A DNA stretch of 64,000 bases, from assembly GCA_051294375.1 (NCBI GenBank), contig CM119264.1:6059621-6123620 (forward strand), read 5' to 3'. The notes under the pieces were generated by a model that ran no database searches, was not told the DNA's origin, and was given only the letters and a program-made list of their open reading frames with translations. Below are positions 28,577 through 64,000 of this stretch, in pieces. The number at the start of each line of letters is the position of its first letter. Within the stretch, counting starts at the first letter, position 1. The translations under genes and the position numbers were made by a program. The DNA is from Paraspadella gotoi. Taxonomy: Eukaryota; Animalia; Chaetognatha.

Positions 28577-29637
28577 AGAGGAGAGTGACACTTTTCAATC
28601 TTCCCCCAGACGAAATTCAACTTGACGGGCTATTCCATCTGCTACTACCGCGACTACCGAAATGGACCTTACAATCCCTTCCCCTACCAGAAGAGCAGCA
28701 TTTTTTGGGAGCTGCAATTCTACAAGGCGATATTCGCTATGGTGTTTTGTGTTTTGGTGAAAGGTAAAAGGCTTGTGAAAGAAGCGAGAGGGATATTTTC
28801 CGGAGTACTCACGGCGCAACTCTGTAAGTCTGTCGGTCGGTCGGTATGTCTGTCCATCGGTCTGTCCCTCGTACTTTAAAAATGCTCATAACTTACCTAT
28901 AGTTGGTTGCTCATTTGTTAATACAGCGCCACATTCGAGAAATCTTAAAACTATAAAGAATAAAGGACGGAATTCCGATGCAGTGCGTGTCATAAATATA
29001 CGGGCTAAGAAAATGACTGCGGTGCAATACATTGGATGGACCGATCTTGTTTAATCTGTCGATTAGTTAAAGCATTTTCTTAAGTTTTCCGACTTTGTAG
29101 CAAAATGTTTTAGGCATACAATTTTAAGGAAAATTAAGTACTATGGGTTTTTTAGTTACTTGATATTTTCAAAGAGAAAAATATTGGCTACAGAAGTTGT
29201 TGATATATTGTCAATAATTATCTCTCTACGAGTCAACGACCTCCGTTTCTCTCCCTTCTTTAACCTCTTAGACTAAGATGACTAAAGAAAAAAAGGTAAT
29301 GAACTCACCATGCTTTTTATTTTGTTGTTGTTGTTATTGCTTTTGTTTGGTTCTCAGTGATTTGTTGCTTGGTAACGCGATGTATTCCCCCGAGACACGC
29401 GCACTTCATCAAGAGGAAGAAGGAGGCGTTCAGGTTGGAAAATCATCTCCCCTTGTTTCTTAATAATTCATCGCTTTAATTAATTTTTAACTTTTTATTA
29501 ATAAAAATTCAAAATAGCTCTTCTTTCCTTTCAGTTTTTTTTTCCCTCAATAAACTTTCTTGGAATTTCTTTCCCCTCTTTATTTCAGGGAAGACTACAT
29601 GGAAAGGAAGAGGCTTAGGAAGGTGAGGAGTCAGTAA
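28310..29637 (+). CDS. Anoctamin 3' exons (TM9, TM10, C-terminus): 28310-28517, 28610-28763, 29358-29433, 29589-29637
   Basis: Translate as VTVVPIWSEVINYVSYVALVTNAVIICWSMEFID (TM9), ICYYRDYRNGPY...FWELQFYKAIFAMVF (CRY.DYR motif and TM10), VICCLVTRCIPP..., REDYMERKRLRKVRSQ*. Canonical splice sites; a 1-nt phase mismatch between the first two exons; AATAAA near 30008. Confidence 0.9.
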
Positions 29638-30257
29638 GGACTGAGGAGTGAGGAGTCAGTAAGGAGTGAGGAGTGAGGAGTGAGGAGGGCGAATCGAAGA
29701 GTGAGGATTCCTCACTGAGGAAGGGTCCATTTGGAAAAATGACCCGAATCAAAAAAGGGTCACGTGACTCATTGTTATTCTTTGAGTTTCTTCTCTTCCC
29801 TTAATTTTTTTGTTGTGAATTTTTTTTTCAGATTATCGAACGATTTCGCCGTTGAAATTCGGAGGTGAAAAATTGGGCGAGTCACGTGATCGTGATGTGT
29901 TCTTTTGTTTTTCGTGCGCGAGGATTTTTCGTGAAATAGAGCGGAAGATGAAGTTGATTTTTATTTCTCGATAGGAATTCTAAGGTTATTAGAAATGTTT
30001 GTAAAAGAATAAATTATGTTGTAACGGCATATTTACTATTTCTCAAACTTTTTTATTTGATTTTTGCCTTTTTGATAAATTTTACCTTTCAATTTTTTTT
30101 TTAGTTTCGTTCTTTATTTTTTATTTCCTTCTATGTTTCCTTCTTACTTTTCCTATTTTCTTTCACCATTACTGCCTTGCCATATTTTTTCATGGTTTGG
30201 TTTTGCTATTTTAGCTTCAATTTTACTTCGCTATCCAATATAAAAGGGGGCGTGACC

Positions 30258-30316
<59 letters not shown>

Positions 30317-30880
30317 CACGAATGGGTTTTTGGTTCCCTTTAAATTTTCCCAAAATCCATATAAATTTTAATGTCTTTTGTGATTTTACATTGGAGGAAA
30401 AAACGGGAAAAAATGATAAAGAGAAAAAAGTGAAATGAATTGAAACAAATCGATTGTTAGATTAATCAGGGAGAAAGATGTAGAAATGAAAGAGAATTGA
30501 CAAACTCGTTAAGTCGATTTTTCAATTAAAACCTCGTTTTGCCAGATTTGAGACAAAGTGGACGAAAATTCCCTGAAATATATATTCACGTTTTTATACT
30601 TCGAAGAAGTTAGTACGATTTAAAATTTATTAAATTTCTCTGACCCACGTACGGACAAATAATTAAACGTGAGACTAAAGTAAAAATACCGAGAATTGGT
30701 TCGTTTTGTAGTATTTTTTCTTATTAAAGCTCCATTATTGAATTGTCTCTGATCAGTTTCTTCATGTTTTTTCTCAGGAGATTCTAAAGGAATCGGAAAT
30801 TCGTGTGGATAAAAAAAAACATCTTTTATTCTTTCTCTCTGTCTCTCTCTCTCTCTCTTTCTCTCTTCTCTCTCTCTCTC

Positions 30881-30919
<39 letters not shown>

Positions 30920-31707
30920 CTTCTCTCCGTTAATTTTCCCATTTTTCTGCTCGTCGCTCTCTGATTTTTTCCCCGGCGACCAACAAAAGCTTTTTGTTAG
31001 CTTCATATAAAAAGTGAGAAAAATTAGCGCGGGAGGCGGAGGCAGCGACGACAGCGGCTGTTCGGCGGGCGGCGCGGCGATGGCAGCGGGGAGGCGCGGC
31101 GGATTCGGCAGCGACGCAAAAGGCAATGCGGCGATCGTAGCGGTGTCTGCGGTGGAGGTGGCGGTTTCTGAGGTTAGATGGCGCCAAAGGTCAAACAACT
31201 CAATGCTCCGTTTGGGAAAAACAAAAGACTCGAGAAAAGAAAAAAAAAATTGGTTCTCGTCTCCGAAACCAATTCGTGTCTTTCATCAAAGGTGGCGAAG
31301 CGGAATATAATTTTATACGAAGTGGAATTTTTTAGTAAAATTCTGTTTCATTACTCATCCTCTTTCAATTACGACTCTTTTTTTTTAAATTAAAGCGAAA
31401 CCCCACGTGGAGTAAACGGGAGCAATTGTGAAAAATGAGGCTCTTCTTTGTGTCGTCGTCGTCGTCCCATTTTCCTTCAATTCGAGTGTTTTTCCTTAAA
31501 TTACATGAGAACTAAAGAGAACAAGGCAATAACAAGACTTTTTCGGCATTATTTTCCGAAAGCGCCCAATTTCTAATTATAAACTTAATTTACCCAAATA
31601 TTTAACCCTAATCCTTATTGTGTAATCCTTTCGTTTCGTTGCTTTAGGAATTTGCAGGAATAAGTTTGATTTGTTTGTGACAACGATTTGTTTTATTTCA
31701 GTTTAGA

Positions 31708-31750
31708 AACGGACATGTTTCGGCTTTGAATACAAGCCTTCTTCAGCGTT
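31708..31750 (-). ncRNA. Minimal type I hammerhead ribozyme motif (Penelope/retrozyme-type)
   Basis: Minus strand reads AACG-CUGAAGA-A-GGCUU(GUAUUCA)AAGCC-GAAAC-AU-GUC^CGUU: 4-bp stem I, 5-bp stem II, palindromic ACAUGU stem III. Confidence 0.75.
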
Positions 31751-33927
31751 GACAGCGTTGACAGCGTGGTGAACGAGTACTTAGCTGTCCAAGCCAATGG
31801 GACAAGCTGAGTTTCACCAAGCTATACGGGAGGCGAATTTTAGGATTCGCCACTATGAATCGATTTATTGAAATCAGAAAAGCGAATGGAATCGAATTGG
31901 CTAATTGTACAAAGTGGCATTCATTTTTATACGGCGAGAGAGAAAATTGGTTTACATTTGTAAAGTAAATAATTCTAAAAATACTTCCAAATAAGGTAAC
32001 GTTTTGCGACCGGCGTTTGAACAGAGGGAGCAAAACAATTTCTTAGCGGGCATTGGAATTTTTAAAGAATTCGACCGGCGATTTTATTTTCTTTCTTACT
32101 AATAATAATAATCAGGATCTCCACTGTTTGATAATCCAGTTCCAGAATCGCGGTCTTTTTCAAATCTGGTGAAGCGATCGTCAATCGTAGAGGATTGTAT
32201 CCCCCTTCACGGATTTGGATGCGAGAGAGAAAATGCAAAAAAATGCTGTGGAGACCTAGTTTGCCGACAAATTTATTAATTTCAATCAATTTTTACAGTT
32301 AGATTGTGAAATAAGAATTGTTTAATGTTTTATATTGTTTTTATTTTAGAGGTATATTCGGAGTGGCAATTATGTGCACCGGGCCGTTGTAATGAAGCAT
32401 TGAAAAAGTTGCATGAGGAGAAGAAACTTAAATAGCTAAAAATATAGTAAAACAAGTGCATAATCTTGTAACTTTCATAGAACATTGTCAATGTTGTAGT
32501 ACAGATGTTTAATTTTACAACATGCTTGAATAAAGTTGAGTACACTTCTGAAACAGCTTTTACTGGACATTGGACAATAAATAAAGCGGCAAATCCCACT
32601 AGCGTCGATTTAATCAAACGATTCCATCTAGTGGCGGTTCCATCGACAAATTTCATCAAGCGGCTATTCCATCCAGCGCGGATTCCATCGGCGAGAGATT
32701 CCATCTCGCGGCGCCCTAACAGTTAACGATAGCAAACAATGAGAATTGACGTCGAAGAGAAATTACATAAATCGTCAGCGCAACAAATCTCCTTAGGGAG
32801 AAATTTAATTTACGGCGAAGACTCGATTTTTTATCGAGAGTCGATGGAGAAAGTGGGTTGGGGGCTCGAGGGGAGGAAGGAGGAAAGAATTGTAAATACA
32901 AGTAACGAAAGGAAATAAAGGGAGGAAAATAAAAGGAAAGGAATAGAAAGAAGGAAGGAAGGAAGGAAAGGGATTAAAAACTGGAAAGGAAGGGACTATA
33001 AGAGGGAAAGACAAAGGAGAAAATGTAAAGAAATAAAGAAAGAGGGAAAAGGATGAATATAACTTTTGAGGAAAGGAATGAAAACGAAAAAAGCGAGAAA
33101 AGAGAAGTAAATCGGATTATGAAGACGAGTCGGTTGTTCGGAAAAAAAGGTTGAGGACAAAAGTTCAGACGGCGTCGACCTGAGAAAGAGGTTTTGAAGT
33201 TGAGGAAACAGAAACTAAATCTTCGTGATTTTATAGTTTACATCGCAGAATAGTGAAGATATCTAGAAAGCTCGCATAATTTCTGTAAAAAGTCAGAGAG
33301 TGCCCGATAGCGATACTTTTCGCCGCCCAAAGCACAATTTCGCCTCTGAGTCTCACACTTTATCGAGCGCACCGCAGTTTCCGACCGCATGGCACATTTT
33401 TTTACAAACAAACAAAAAATCTCCTTCGCGAAGATTTATTTGTGCGTAATAATTTAATTCGGTCCGAGACGCTAATCCGCCAGCACATTTCGCACAGTGT
33501 ACTTTTTAACAACTCATTTTTCTTAATTTTACGAGGAAGAAAACTTTACGATGGTAATGAACCATTCATTTTTCCTAGTCATTGTGATGTGGAACAAGGT
33601 GTTATCAACATACTTTTTAAATAAGAGTTTTACTCTCCGTGTACTAGTATTCTCCCTTACACATGAATCACTTTTTGACCCAGTCTATCAAATTCCATGC
33701 TATTTGCGTAATAGTCATTTGGTCAACCATAAGTCGTGGCTGTCATGACAACCATTACTCTGTCGAGAGAAAGATCGGTCGATGCGCTTTTGTTTCGAGA
33801 CGAAGTTGAAAAATTTGAGACTCACGTCCCGTTATGCGTACCTTGGCCCTTCACTGTATTTTTTTCGTATTGCTGTTCTCGTTCTTCCCATGCACACGCT
33901 CTCTCTCTCTTTTTCTCTCTCACTTCA

Positions 33928-33992
<65 letters not shown>

Positions 33993-35120
33993 CTTCTCTC
34001 TCTCTCTCTCTCTCCATCGTTGAATATTCTCTTCTCGAGAATCCGCGCCTTCTTTTTCGTTCTCGATGGACGCGTTTCCTTGCTGCTGCTGACGATGATA
34101 ATCCATTCGCAGTTGCTGCAGAACAACAGCAACACTACAGCCACGGAGAGAGAAATATATTCAGCGGCGGCGAAATCCTTAATGGTGACTTTATCGACAG
34201 GGATTTCCGGATGACGCGGCGCGAGAGACCACGCCCACTTTGGTAACTTCAACGCTATCATCGCCGATCCTTCCCTCCTCTCTTTTTACGACCCACATCC
34301 CCGGCACTATCTGTGACCTCCTTTTGTTACTCATCTCTCTCCATCGTTAAACGAACTTTGTTCCATCTGTGACTCCTATCTGTGACCCCAATATCCTCCA
34401 ATCCGTGACCCCATCTCCTCTTATCTGCGACCTTCCTCACCGCCTTTCTCTTTCAACCCGAGTCCTCCAGAGAGCGGAAATCCGTTTCGAAGCGTCGGAT
34501 CTCGAGCGGTAATTAAACCAGTCGTCTTCGTCGTCGGCGTCGTCGTCGTCTTCGTCGTTATTGTCGTCAACGTTGTCGTAGTCGTCGTCGCTGTCTTCGT
34601 TAAAGTCGTTGTCGTCTTCGTCGTCGTCGTCGTCGTCGTTGTAGTCGTCGAGGATGAAGCCGACGTTCGGGAGTCGTTTCTTATTTCCTCGGTTGAGACT
34701 CGGATAAATGCCCGGAACAGTCATTCACTCATTGGTTTAAGTTATTTTCAACCCGGAAGTTATGAGTTTGCCTCTAAATGACTGATTGATAGATTCGTTA
34801 AACTACCTAGAGACTTTGTACGAAAGATAGAAACAGAGTAAGGGTTAGGGATTAAGTTAGTGATAAGGTTAGTGGCTAAAGTTAAGGATTAGGTTAGGGT
34901 TAGGGATTAGAGTTAGTGATTAGTTTAAAAGTTTAAAAACATGTTTAGCTTATATATTGAAATTAAAATGGCATACACGAGCAGAAAAGGGGCGCTCTGG
35001 AAAGAGAGTACCGAGCAGAAGTATCCCTGGCTGATCGACATCCCTTTACGAGTTTTCAAATTGTCTGAGCGCTGATAAACTCTCTCTAACGCAAAAAAAT
35101 ACCGAGAATAATCCCTTCCC

Positions 35121-35183
<63 letters not shown>

Positions 35184-35800
35184 ACTTACGTATTTTTCTT
35201 CATTTATATTTATTCGCCGCGATTTTCTCTCCAACGCCCCGAGAAGTAAAAGGCGTCTCATATAATAATATCTCTCTTCTCCATTTCTCGATATTCACTC
35301 TTTCTATTTTTCACCCTTTATTTTATTGTTATATTCATACGGTTTTCATTATTTTTTTTTCTCTCTAGTTTATTATTACTTTATTAGTCGTACCTGACTC
35401 GAAAATTAATTTCTTCGGTCGGTCGGTCCGCCCCTTAACAAACCAAAGAATTCGACGAAATCTTCTCAAAATCTTGAGAGAATCAAGCGATGAGAGAGAC
35501 TAATGGTGAATCGTAAACGGGACGAGGGTTAAAATGTAATATTCGTGAATACAATTAAAATTGCAATTAAGAAAAGTATACAAAGAAGGGATTATTCTCC
35601 CCAGCGGTGAATGTCAGAACGAAAGCGAAAAAAGCGTCATGATTACCGCTTGAGTAGAAAGAAAAAAGGAGGAAAGGAAAGAGAAAAGGAAACGGAGGAA
35701 AGAAAAGGAGAAGGAAAGAAGAGGAACGGAGGAAAGAAAAGAGAAAAGGAGCGATCCCGAGCGTAAATGAGGTTAGCTTTTTCCAAGCCAAAAACCTCAA

Positions 35801-35853
<53 letters not shown>

Positions 35854-35859
35854 TCTCTC

Positions 35860-35895
<36 letters not shown>

Positions 35896-37331
35896 GATTT
35901 CGTGCTCTTTCTCTCGATCCGTCTTTGCCAAATAATTTGTCACCATGTGGTTAGCTCACCGGGTTTTTGCTTTCTTTTTCCTTCTTTCCCTCCTTCTCTC
36001 CATTTTTTTTTCCTTTCCCCTAAAAGGCCTTTCCCCTTTTTTTATTCTTTTTTTTTTCCTTTTCCCCAATTTTCATGGCATCGAGAAAGGACCTGACAAA
36101 CAGATGAGAAGCCAATGGCATCGTTGTTGTCGTTGTAGTGGAGGTTGTTGTCGGACTTCTCTTCCATCGATTTTTCTCTATTTACCGAAACTGGACGGTT
36201 TTTTTTCCCTTTTTTTCTTTTTTCTTTCTTTTTTCTGCATTCTTTCCTCTTTCCATTCTTTCGTGTTTTTCTGTCGAACGTAGTTTAGATTGTGTAATGC
36301 GTATACGACGTTTCCACCGGAGCCACGATGCGACGGAATTTTATTTCGATACATCGATACTCTGATCAACGAATGATATGGAAAAACATTTCTAAGCGCG
36401 GGGGAACGGTCGCAATGTCACGGAGATCGCTTCGATCGAGCGAGGGATGTTTCAAGCCCGGGGTGTTTCATGACCGCGTCTTTGAAATTAATCCGGTGAA
36501 AAGAGTCATTTCGGGAAAATATCTTGAGAAATGAGGGAAATTAAGAGGTTAGAGGAAAGCGAAGGAAAAGACGAAGGATAACGACGACGAAAAAAGATTC
36601 TTTAGAATCACAGAAGTCATTAGGTAAACCGAGGACGAGTCACGAAGAAATGTAGGAACGGGAAATGGGAGAATTCCTGTCACATGTGATCGGAGCAAAA
36701 TGAATGTCAAGTCGGGTACATACTGACTTCCAGGTGCTTACTACCGATGCAAAAAGTCGGAAGAACAAGATGAAATCTAACTCGCAACGCGGCGAAGATC
36801 GGTTACTAAAGAAATTCGGACTTGGGGCAAAACGTAAGAACAACAAAAGTCAGAAGAGAAGAGAGTAAAAATAAAAGAAGGAAATATAAGAAGAAAAAGA
36901 AAAAAAGAAAGAAGAGTGAAATCACGAAGGACGATGGCGGGGAAAGCGTTGGAAAAAGTCGCCGGGGAATCGAGAGGAGGAGGAGGAGGAGGAGGAGGAG
37001 GAGGAGGAGGGAGAACGGGGAAAGACGAAGGAGATATTAATGAGAAAAGTATAAAATGAAGTGGATGCCGATGAAGAAAATAGAAGATAAAATAAAGGAG
37101 ATCTTTAAGAAGAAAAAGTGGGAGAAAAATATAGAAATAAAGGGGAGAATATTAAATGTTTCATATTGAAAAAAAAAAGACAACGGTTTTTAAAAAGTTT
37201 AAAAATGACGTGGTTGATCATGAAGCGATAAGAAAAAGAAAATGATCGAAAGCCGTAAAAATGAATCTGTTGATTAATGATCTATTAAAGAAAAACCGTA
37301 AAAATGAAAAATGATACGTATGAATGAAAAT

Positions 37332-37375
<44 letters not shown>

Positions 37376-37723
37376 TAAGATGGAAAGAAGAAGAACCTTG
37401 ACTTTCTCATTTCTCTAAACCTTCAGACCTTCTCCTGCTTCACTTCATTCCTCTCTCTCTTTTGTGTGTAAAAGAGTTAAACTACAAAGGGTTAATGACG
37501 ATATTCAGGACATTACCCTCTTCACATATTTCTTCCTCAATAAAAATGATCCCCAACGCGAACTGCAAAATCGAATTCGAATTTTGCATCTGAATGAGAG
37601 ACTCTCCCTCAGCCTTCGAGAGCCGGAAAGGCACGGACCAGCGAAGGCTGCCCTTCTCGGCTCGAGGATCCCGACGAGGACGGGACGATTGAAAAAAAAA
37701 ATGAATCGGAGGGAGGAACGACC

Positions 37724-37841
37724 GGACGAAAGGACGAAGGGACGAAGGGACGAAGGGACGAAGGGACGAAGGGACGAAGGGACGAAAGGACGAAAGGACG
37801 AAGGGACGAAAGGACGAAGGGACGAAGGGACGAAGGGACGA
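37724..37841. repeat. (GGGACGAA)n octamer minisatellite
   Basis: Visible tandem array; noisy, longer version at about 25390-25750. Confidence 0.9.
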
Positions 37842-38057
37842 AAGAGGCGGCCGTCGCGGACGCGTTACGAGAGACTCGGAAGGCAATGACCTCCTCTCCG
37901 GCTTCTTTCGTCCATTGGCTCCGGCCACGCCCACTTCCCCCCCCCCGCACTCCCCCCAGCGCCGCATAACTTATTCTCTTTTTTTTCCCCACCATCAACT
38001 TCGAACCACCCAATCACTCCCTCCCCCACCCAAACAATCCCCTCTCACCAACCTCAC

Positions 38058-60056
<21,999 letters not shown>

Positions 60057-60159
60057 ACGATACTGAGCAAAAATAATGGGCGCTCTGTGGGCGCCCTATG
60101 CGTTTCGCCGACATTTCCATTTATCTTAAGCGAGAGAAAATTTTTGTAGCGCAACCCTA

Positions 60160-60242
60160 CTACTCTGCTGCTACACAGCTGTACGCTGCCGCAACACAGA
60201 TGTACGCTGCCGCAATACAGCTGTGCGCCGCCGCAACGCTGC
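60160..60242. repeat. 21-bp tandem repeat, three to four degenerate copies
   Basis: g.tgtacgctgccgcaa.aca units. Confidence 0.7.
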
Positions 60243-63200
60243 CATCCCCTTACGAAACTTTCTTGTCTGAAGGATCTGTAATGCTGTTCTTTTCTAAATA
60301 TGCGCAACTTAAGTCACGTTTTTGTTAATATAATTTTTATTAATACTAATTGATATCGTTCGTCGGCTCGTTCCATCTGTCGGGTGGACCGAGGAAGATG
60401 AGGGCGACGAAAACGACGACGACGACGATGACGACGACGACGATGACAAGCTGATCCGATCATAAACTGACCGACCAAATTGATTTCTTTTTTATGCTTG
60501 GTTTATTATTTTGACTTTAAATTTGTTGTTTACTATTGTTGTTATTTTTTACCTTTTAACCGTTTAAATGATTTTACAATATTACATATTTTTGATTTGA
60601 GAGGAATAATTGACGAATTTATCAAATTTCTAATTCCCTTTTCAAATCCCATTAGTTTCTCATTTCAAAATAGAATCATTTAATTAATTTTTTTTTGCCG
60701 TAAAAACTTTCTTTTGTTCTTTTTTAACCAAAAGTCTCTGCTTGAAAAACCGGCGAGAGAAGAATAGCGACACAGTTTGAAAACCATACATTTGTGCTTC
60801 GTTTCAACAAGGTCGGTGAGAGAAGAGAGAGAGGAAGATCAGGAGAGAGAGCAGAGAGAGAGAGAGAGGAGAACGAGAGAGATGGAGAGGAGAGAGACGA
60901 AGAAGAGAGAGCAGAGAGAAAAGAGGGCGACTAGAACGAGAAATTACATAGCTTTCACCATCCTCTTCATCGCTTCTCCATTTCACTCATTTTTTTTCCC
61001 TACATCCCCTTTCAATCTCCCTCGATTCTTCTACGTTCCTCCCCCATCTTTCCTCTTTCTCTCCCTCCCCTCTCCACACCTGCCCATCCCCGCCCCCCCC
61101 CCCCACCATCGCCTTGGTGGAGGAATAAAAATGAAAGACAAGACGATCCCCCACCCCCCCCCTTTTTGGAAGTTTTATTAGTAACATATGGTTAAAAATG
61201 ACCGTGGTGTTTTCTTCATGTCTTCCTCGGCGAAAAGAAAAAAAAAAAAAAAAAATAAAAAAAAAAGAAGGAAAAAAATAAAAAGAAGGAAAAAAAAAGA
61301 AAGAAAAAGAAAGAGAAAAAAAAATAGGGGGAAAAAAAAGAAAAACAAAAAAGAGAAGAAAAAAAAAAGAGAGGGGAGGAGAGCAAGAGGAGCAAAGGAT
61401 GAGGTAGGTCATGGGGGGGTGGGGGGTGTAGGGGGGAAAGATTCCTAAGGAAGGAAAAGGAGGAGCTAGATAAAAAAAAAAAAAAAAAAAGGAGGGAGAG
61501 GAGAAGATGAAGGTAGAGGAAGAGAGAAGAAGAGAAGGGGGAAAAAAAAAAAAAAACAAAAAAAAAAAGAGAAAAATAAAGACGGGGAAGAAGAGAAAAA
61601 AAAAATAATGAAAAAAAATAAAAAAAAAGAAAATATGAAAATAAAAAAAGGAGAAAGGAAAAAAAAAAAAGAAATAAAAGAGAAATGAGAAAAAGAACGG
61701 AGTAGAGGTGTCTGTTTCGTTTTAATTTCAAATTCTTATATCGCCACTACGCACATCACGCAGATCTTCCAGTAGCGGAGGAGCTCACTGGCACGATCGG
61801 AGATGTAAGACGAGATGTAAGACATAGATCTAAAGGAAATAAGCGAGTACAACATGAAGTCCGTAACCAAAAGATATAAATAACCTAATATACTTCAGCC
61901 AAATACATTAACCAATTACAGTAAAGAATTTATGACATGAACCCTTATCTGCGTGCGAAATCAACTTCCATACGCCCCAAACTATCATCTTTACATTTTA
62001 GTTCACTCTTCGTCATCGCTTAACGTACTTGCATACAATCGAACTACAACTCGAAAAAAAAAAATACAAAAATCAAAGGCGTTCGGATCTCACCGCTTTC
62101 TGGCGAACATGCGTCGGCGTCTTCCGCTTATATCTGTCAGCACAATAAAACTGCTCGCATTTATCTATCGATCCAGCGCGACTTGCAGACGCGGCCAAGG
62201 TGCTTGGTTGTCCCCTGACAACGGAGGGCCACGAATCCATTTGTTCAATCAAAATTCGTGTAGGTTAGCTTCCGATCTTGGCTTGCGGGCCGCGGGACTA
62301 AGGCTAGCTATCCTTTTATACCCCTCCGCGAACCCACGAAGTCGCGATTTGATTCCAAAGGCAAACGAGTAGTTGTTATTTCGGACATGTTGTCCCCCAT
62401 GGGTCCCACCTTCCCCCGCCACTCATTTCATACTAAAGTCTCGCAATACTAGTCGCTCCTGACGAAAGTGCACCCCGTCGAATATGAGTAATAGTCGAAT
62501 GGAACTTGAAGGTAAGTAGTCGCCACCACCCAACGTTAGCACGCTTTCTCCTAAAACAAGGGCCGGAAAAGACACGGCGCGTGCCCTTCCCGTGGCGAAA
62601 GCCAGTTCCAAGCGGTGCGCTCTAATGCTGCCCCCACAATGCCCCGAGCATCTATACTTCGGTCTCCCGTACTTTTGCCGAAAGCTTCGACGGTGAGGGA
62701 TTCTAAACGTGGGCTACGTGGGTGACACCGTCTATACTCCCCGTCTCTAAGGGTACCGCTTACAGACGACGAAATGCGTCCAAAGGATCCCAGCCCAACC
62801 TTGTACGTGCGAGAGGTTACTGGTTGTCGTTTGCTATGTCAACTGTGTCCATGGCGAGAGAGAGTTAATGAAAAAAAGTGAGAAGATTATTTAAAAATGA
62901 TAGTAGAATTGTAAAGCTCGTGCTGACGTATGCCTGTGGTTTGTTTGTGTGTTAATTTTCTGTGTCCCACACACTGCTCCTCTGTTACATGACGTCTGCC
63001 TGAGGTTACAATTTATTCGAAACAAAGCTCCCCAGCCCATTCCTTAGTATTTTTGCAATTGAAGAGGGATAAGAAGGGCGTAGAACAGACATTAATCCCC
63101 TTCAACCATGCTTTGCTGATCATGTAAGATGTGAAGGGCGTTAAAGGGGATTGTGAGTGCCCTTGGACTTTGTCAGTGACCACCGCACAGAACTGTCTTT

Positions 63201-64000
63201 CGAAAGCCAACAGTCTTCGCCAGAGGACAACGGATCGCGCTCTGCCCCACACGCAGCCCGACCCCGCGGACGCCCTCTCCACCTCGTCAACCATGTCCAG
63301 ACTGGTCAACGCCGGATATCAACGTCTTGTTGATGCCCCGTCACCTGAGACAACGTCGGCGCATGGGCGTAGACATACCCCAGAAAGGAAAACGTACGGC
63401 ACCGGGGGGCGACAATCCGGGTCTGAGTGGGTATAACGCGTGCGAAACAGAAATTCATACCCCTAAGTTCCGGAGTGCATCCCTCGCTCTGTCCTCGCGC
63501 CACCAAGAACCTCTTTGCCATTTGCTCGCCCTATGTTCATCCCTGCAGATATCTCAGCCAATTAATAGCGTCAAAACTGTGCAATACTACGAGCGACCCC
63601 GATACTTTCGCGCTTCCTGGGGAAAATAATAAATAGGGGATGAGCATTATATAAAAGGTTAAATTAAAGATAGAGCGTTATATTTATTTGACCCTTATAC
63701 TTATAATTATATTAAATTACTTAATATAATTATATAAGTGTATTTGAATTAATTACCCAATTAATACTAGTATGTGCTATATTTATCGTGTGTTAATATA
63801 CATGAGATCATTATTAGATAGCAAGAATATCTATATGAGCACCAGAACACGAGACTGAACAATCTTCACCTGAGTAGCTTCAAACATACCAAACCAACAT
63901 TTTAGGTAGAGATATTGAAACGCCTTACCTCGGTTAACGCCCGTATCGAGCGGTGAAATCTGGACGAGCACGAAGGAGAGGAAGACAATCTACAGAGAAG

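Noticed and set aside
29712-29770. Hammerhead-like CTGAGGA-gggtc...gaccc-GAAT in the anoctamin 3' UTR
   Set aside because: GAAT replaces GAAA, and stems I and III do not form.
34838-34925. Interstitial telomeric repeat
   Set aside because: Only a few exact TTAGGG units in a short degenerate tract.

Overview
Eukaryotic genomic DNA, most likely from an invertebrate animal: AT-rich, saturated with (AG)n/(CT)n, (GAC)n and (CGTC)n microsatellites, with GT-AG introns and many N-gaps. The main gene is a divergent, multi-exon anoctamin (TMEM16 family). Its N-terminal to TM8 exons run on the minus strand from about 57.6 kb to 38.06 kb, but its TM9, TM10 and C-terminal exons lie on the plus strand at 28.31-29.64 kb, so the gene is split across strands (probably an inverted contig). 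Its canonical Ca2+-binding residues are largely substituted. An intronless EamA/SLC35G-like transporter gene (50551-51564) sits inside the anoctamin locus on the same strand. Other content: an ORF joining 45-aa coiled-coil repeats to a Bel/Pao-type triple zinc knuckle (23226 to a gap at 24508); a 1.2-kb non-autonomous hAT element with TIRs and an 8-bp TSD; three minimal hammerhead-ribozyme motifs of the Penelope-associated type; Helentron-associated (HINE/DINE/pearl-like) repeats; and a perfect 63-bp palindrome. Large parts of the window are duplicated: 1-7.75 kb vs 11.7-19.3 kb and 24.85-27.9 kb vs 37.3-39.85 kb (both indel-riddled), and 56.8-57.9 kb vs 58.9-60.05 kb (identical). These look like assembly or raw long-read artefacts. 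Most ORFs in the supplied track are microsatellite translations. All alignments to known proteins were made by eye from remembered sequences; no searches were run.
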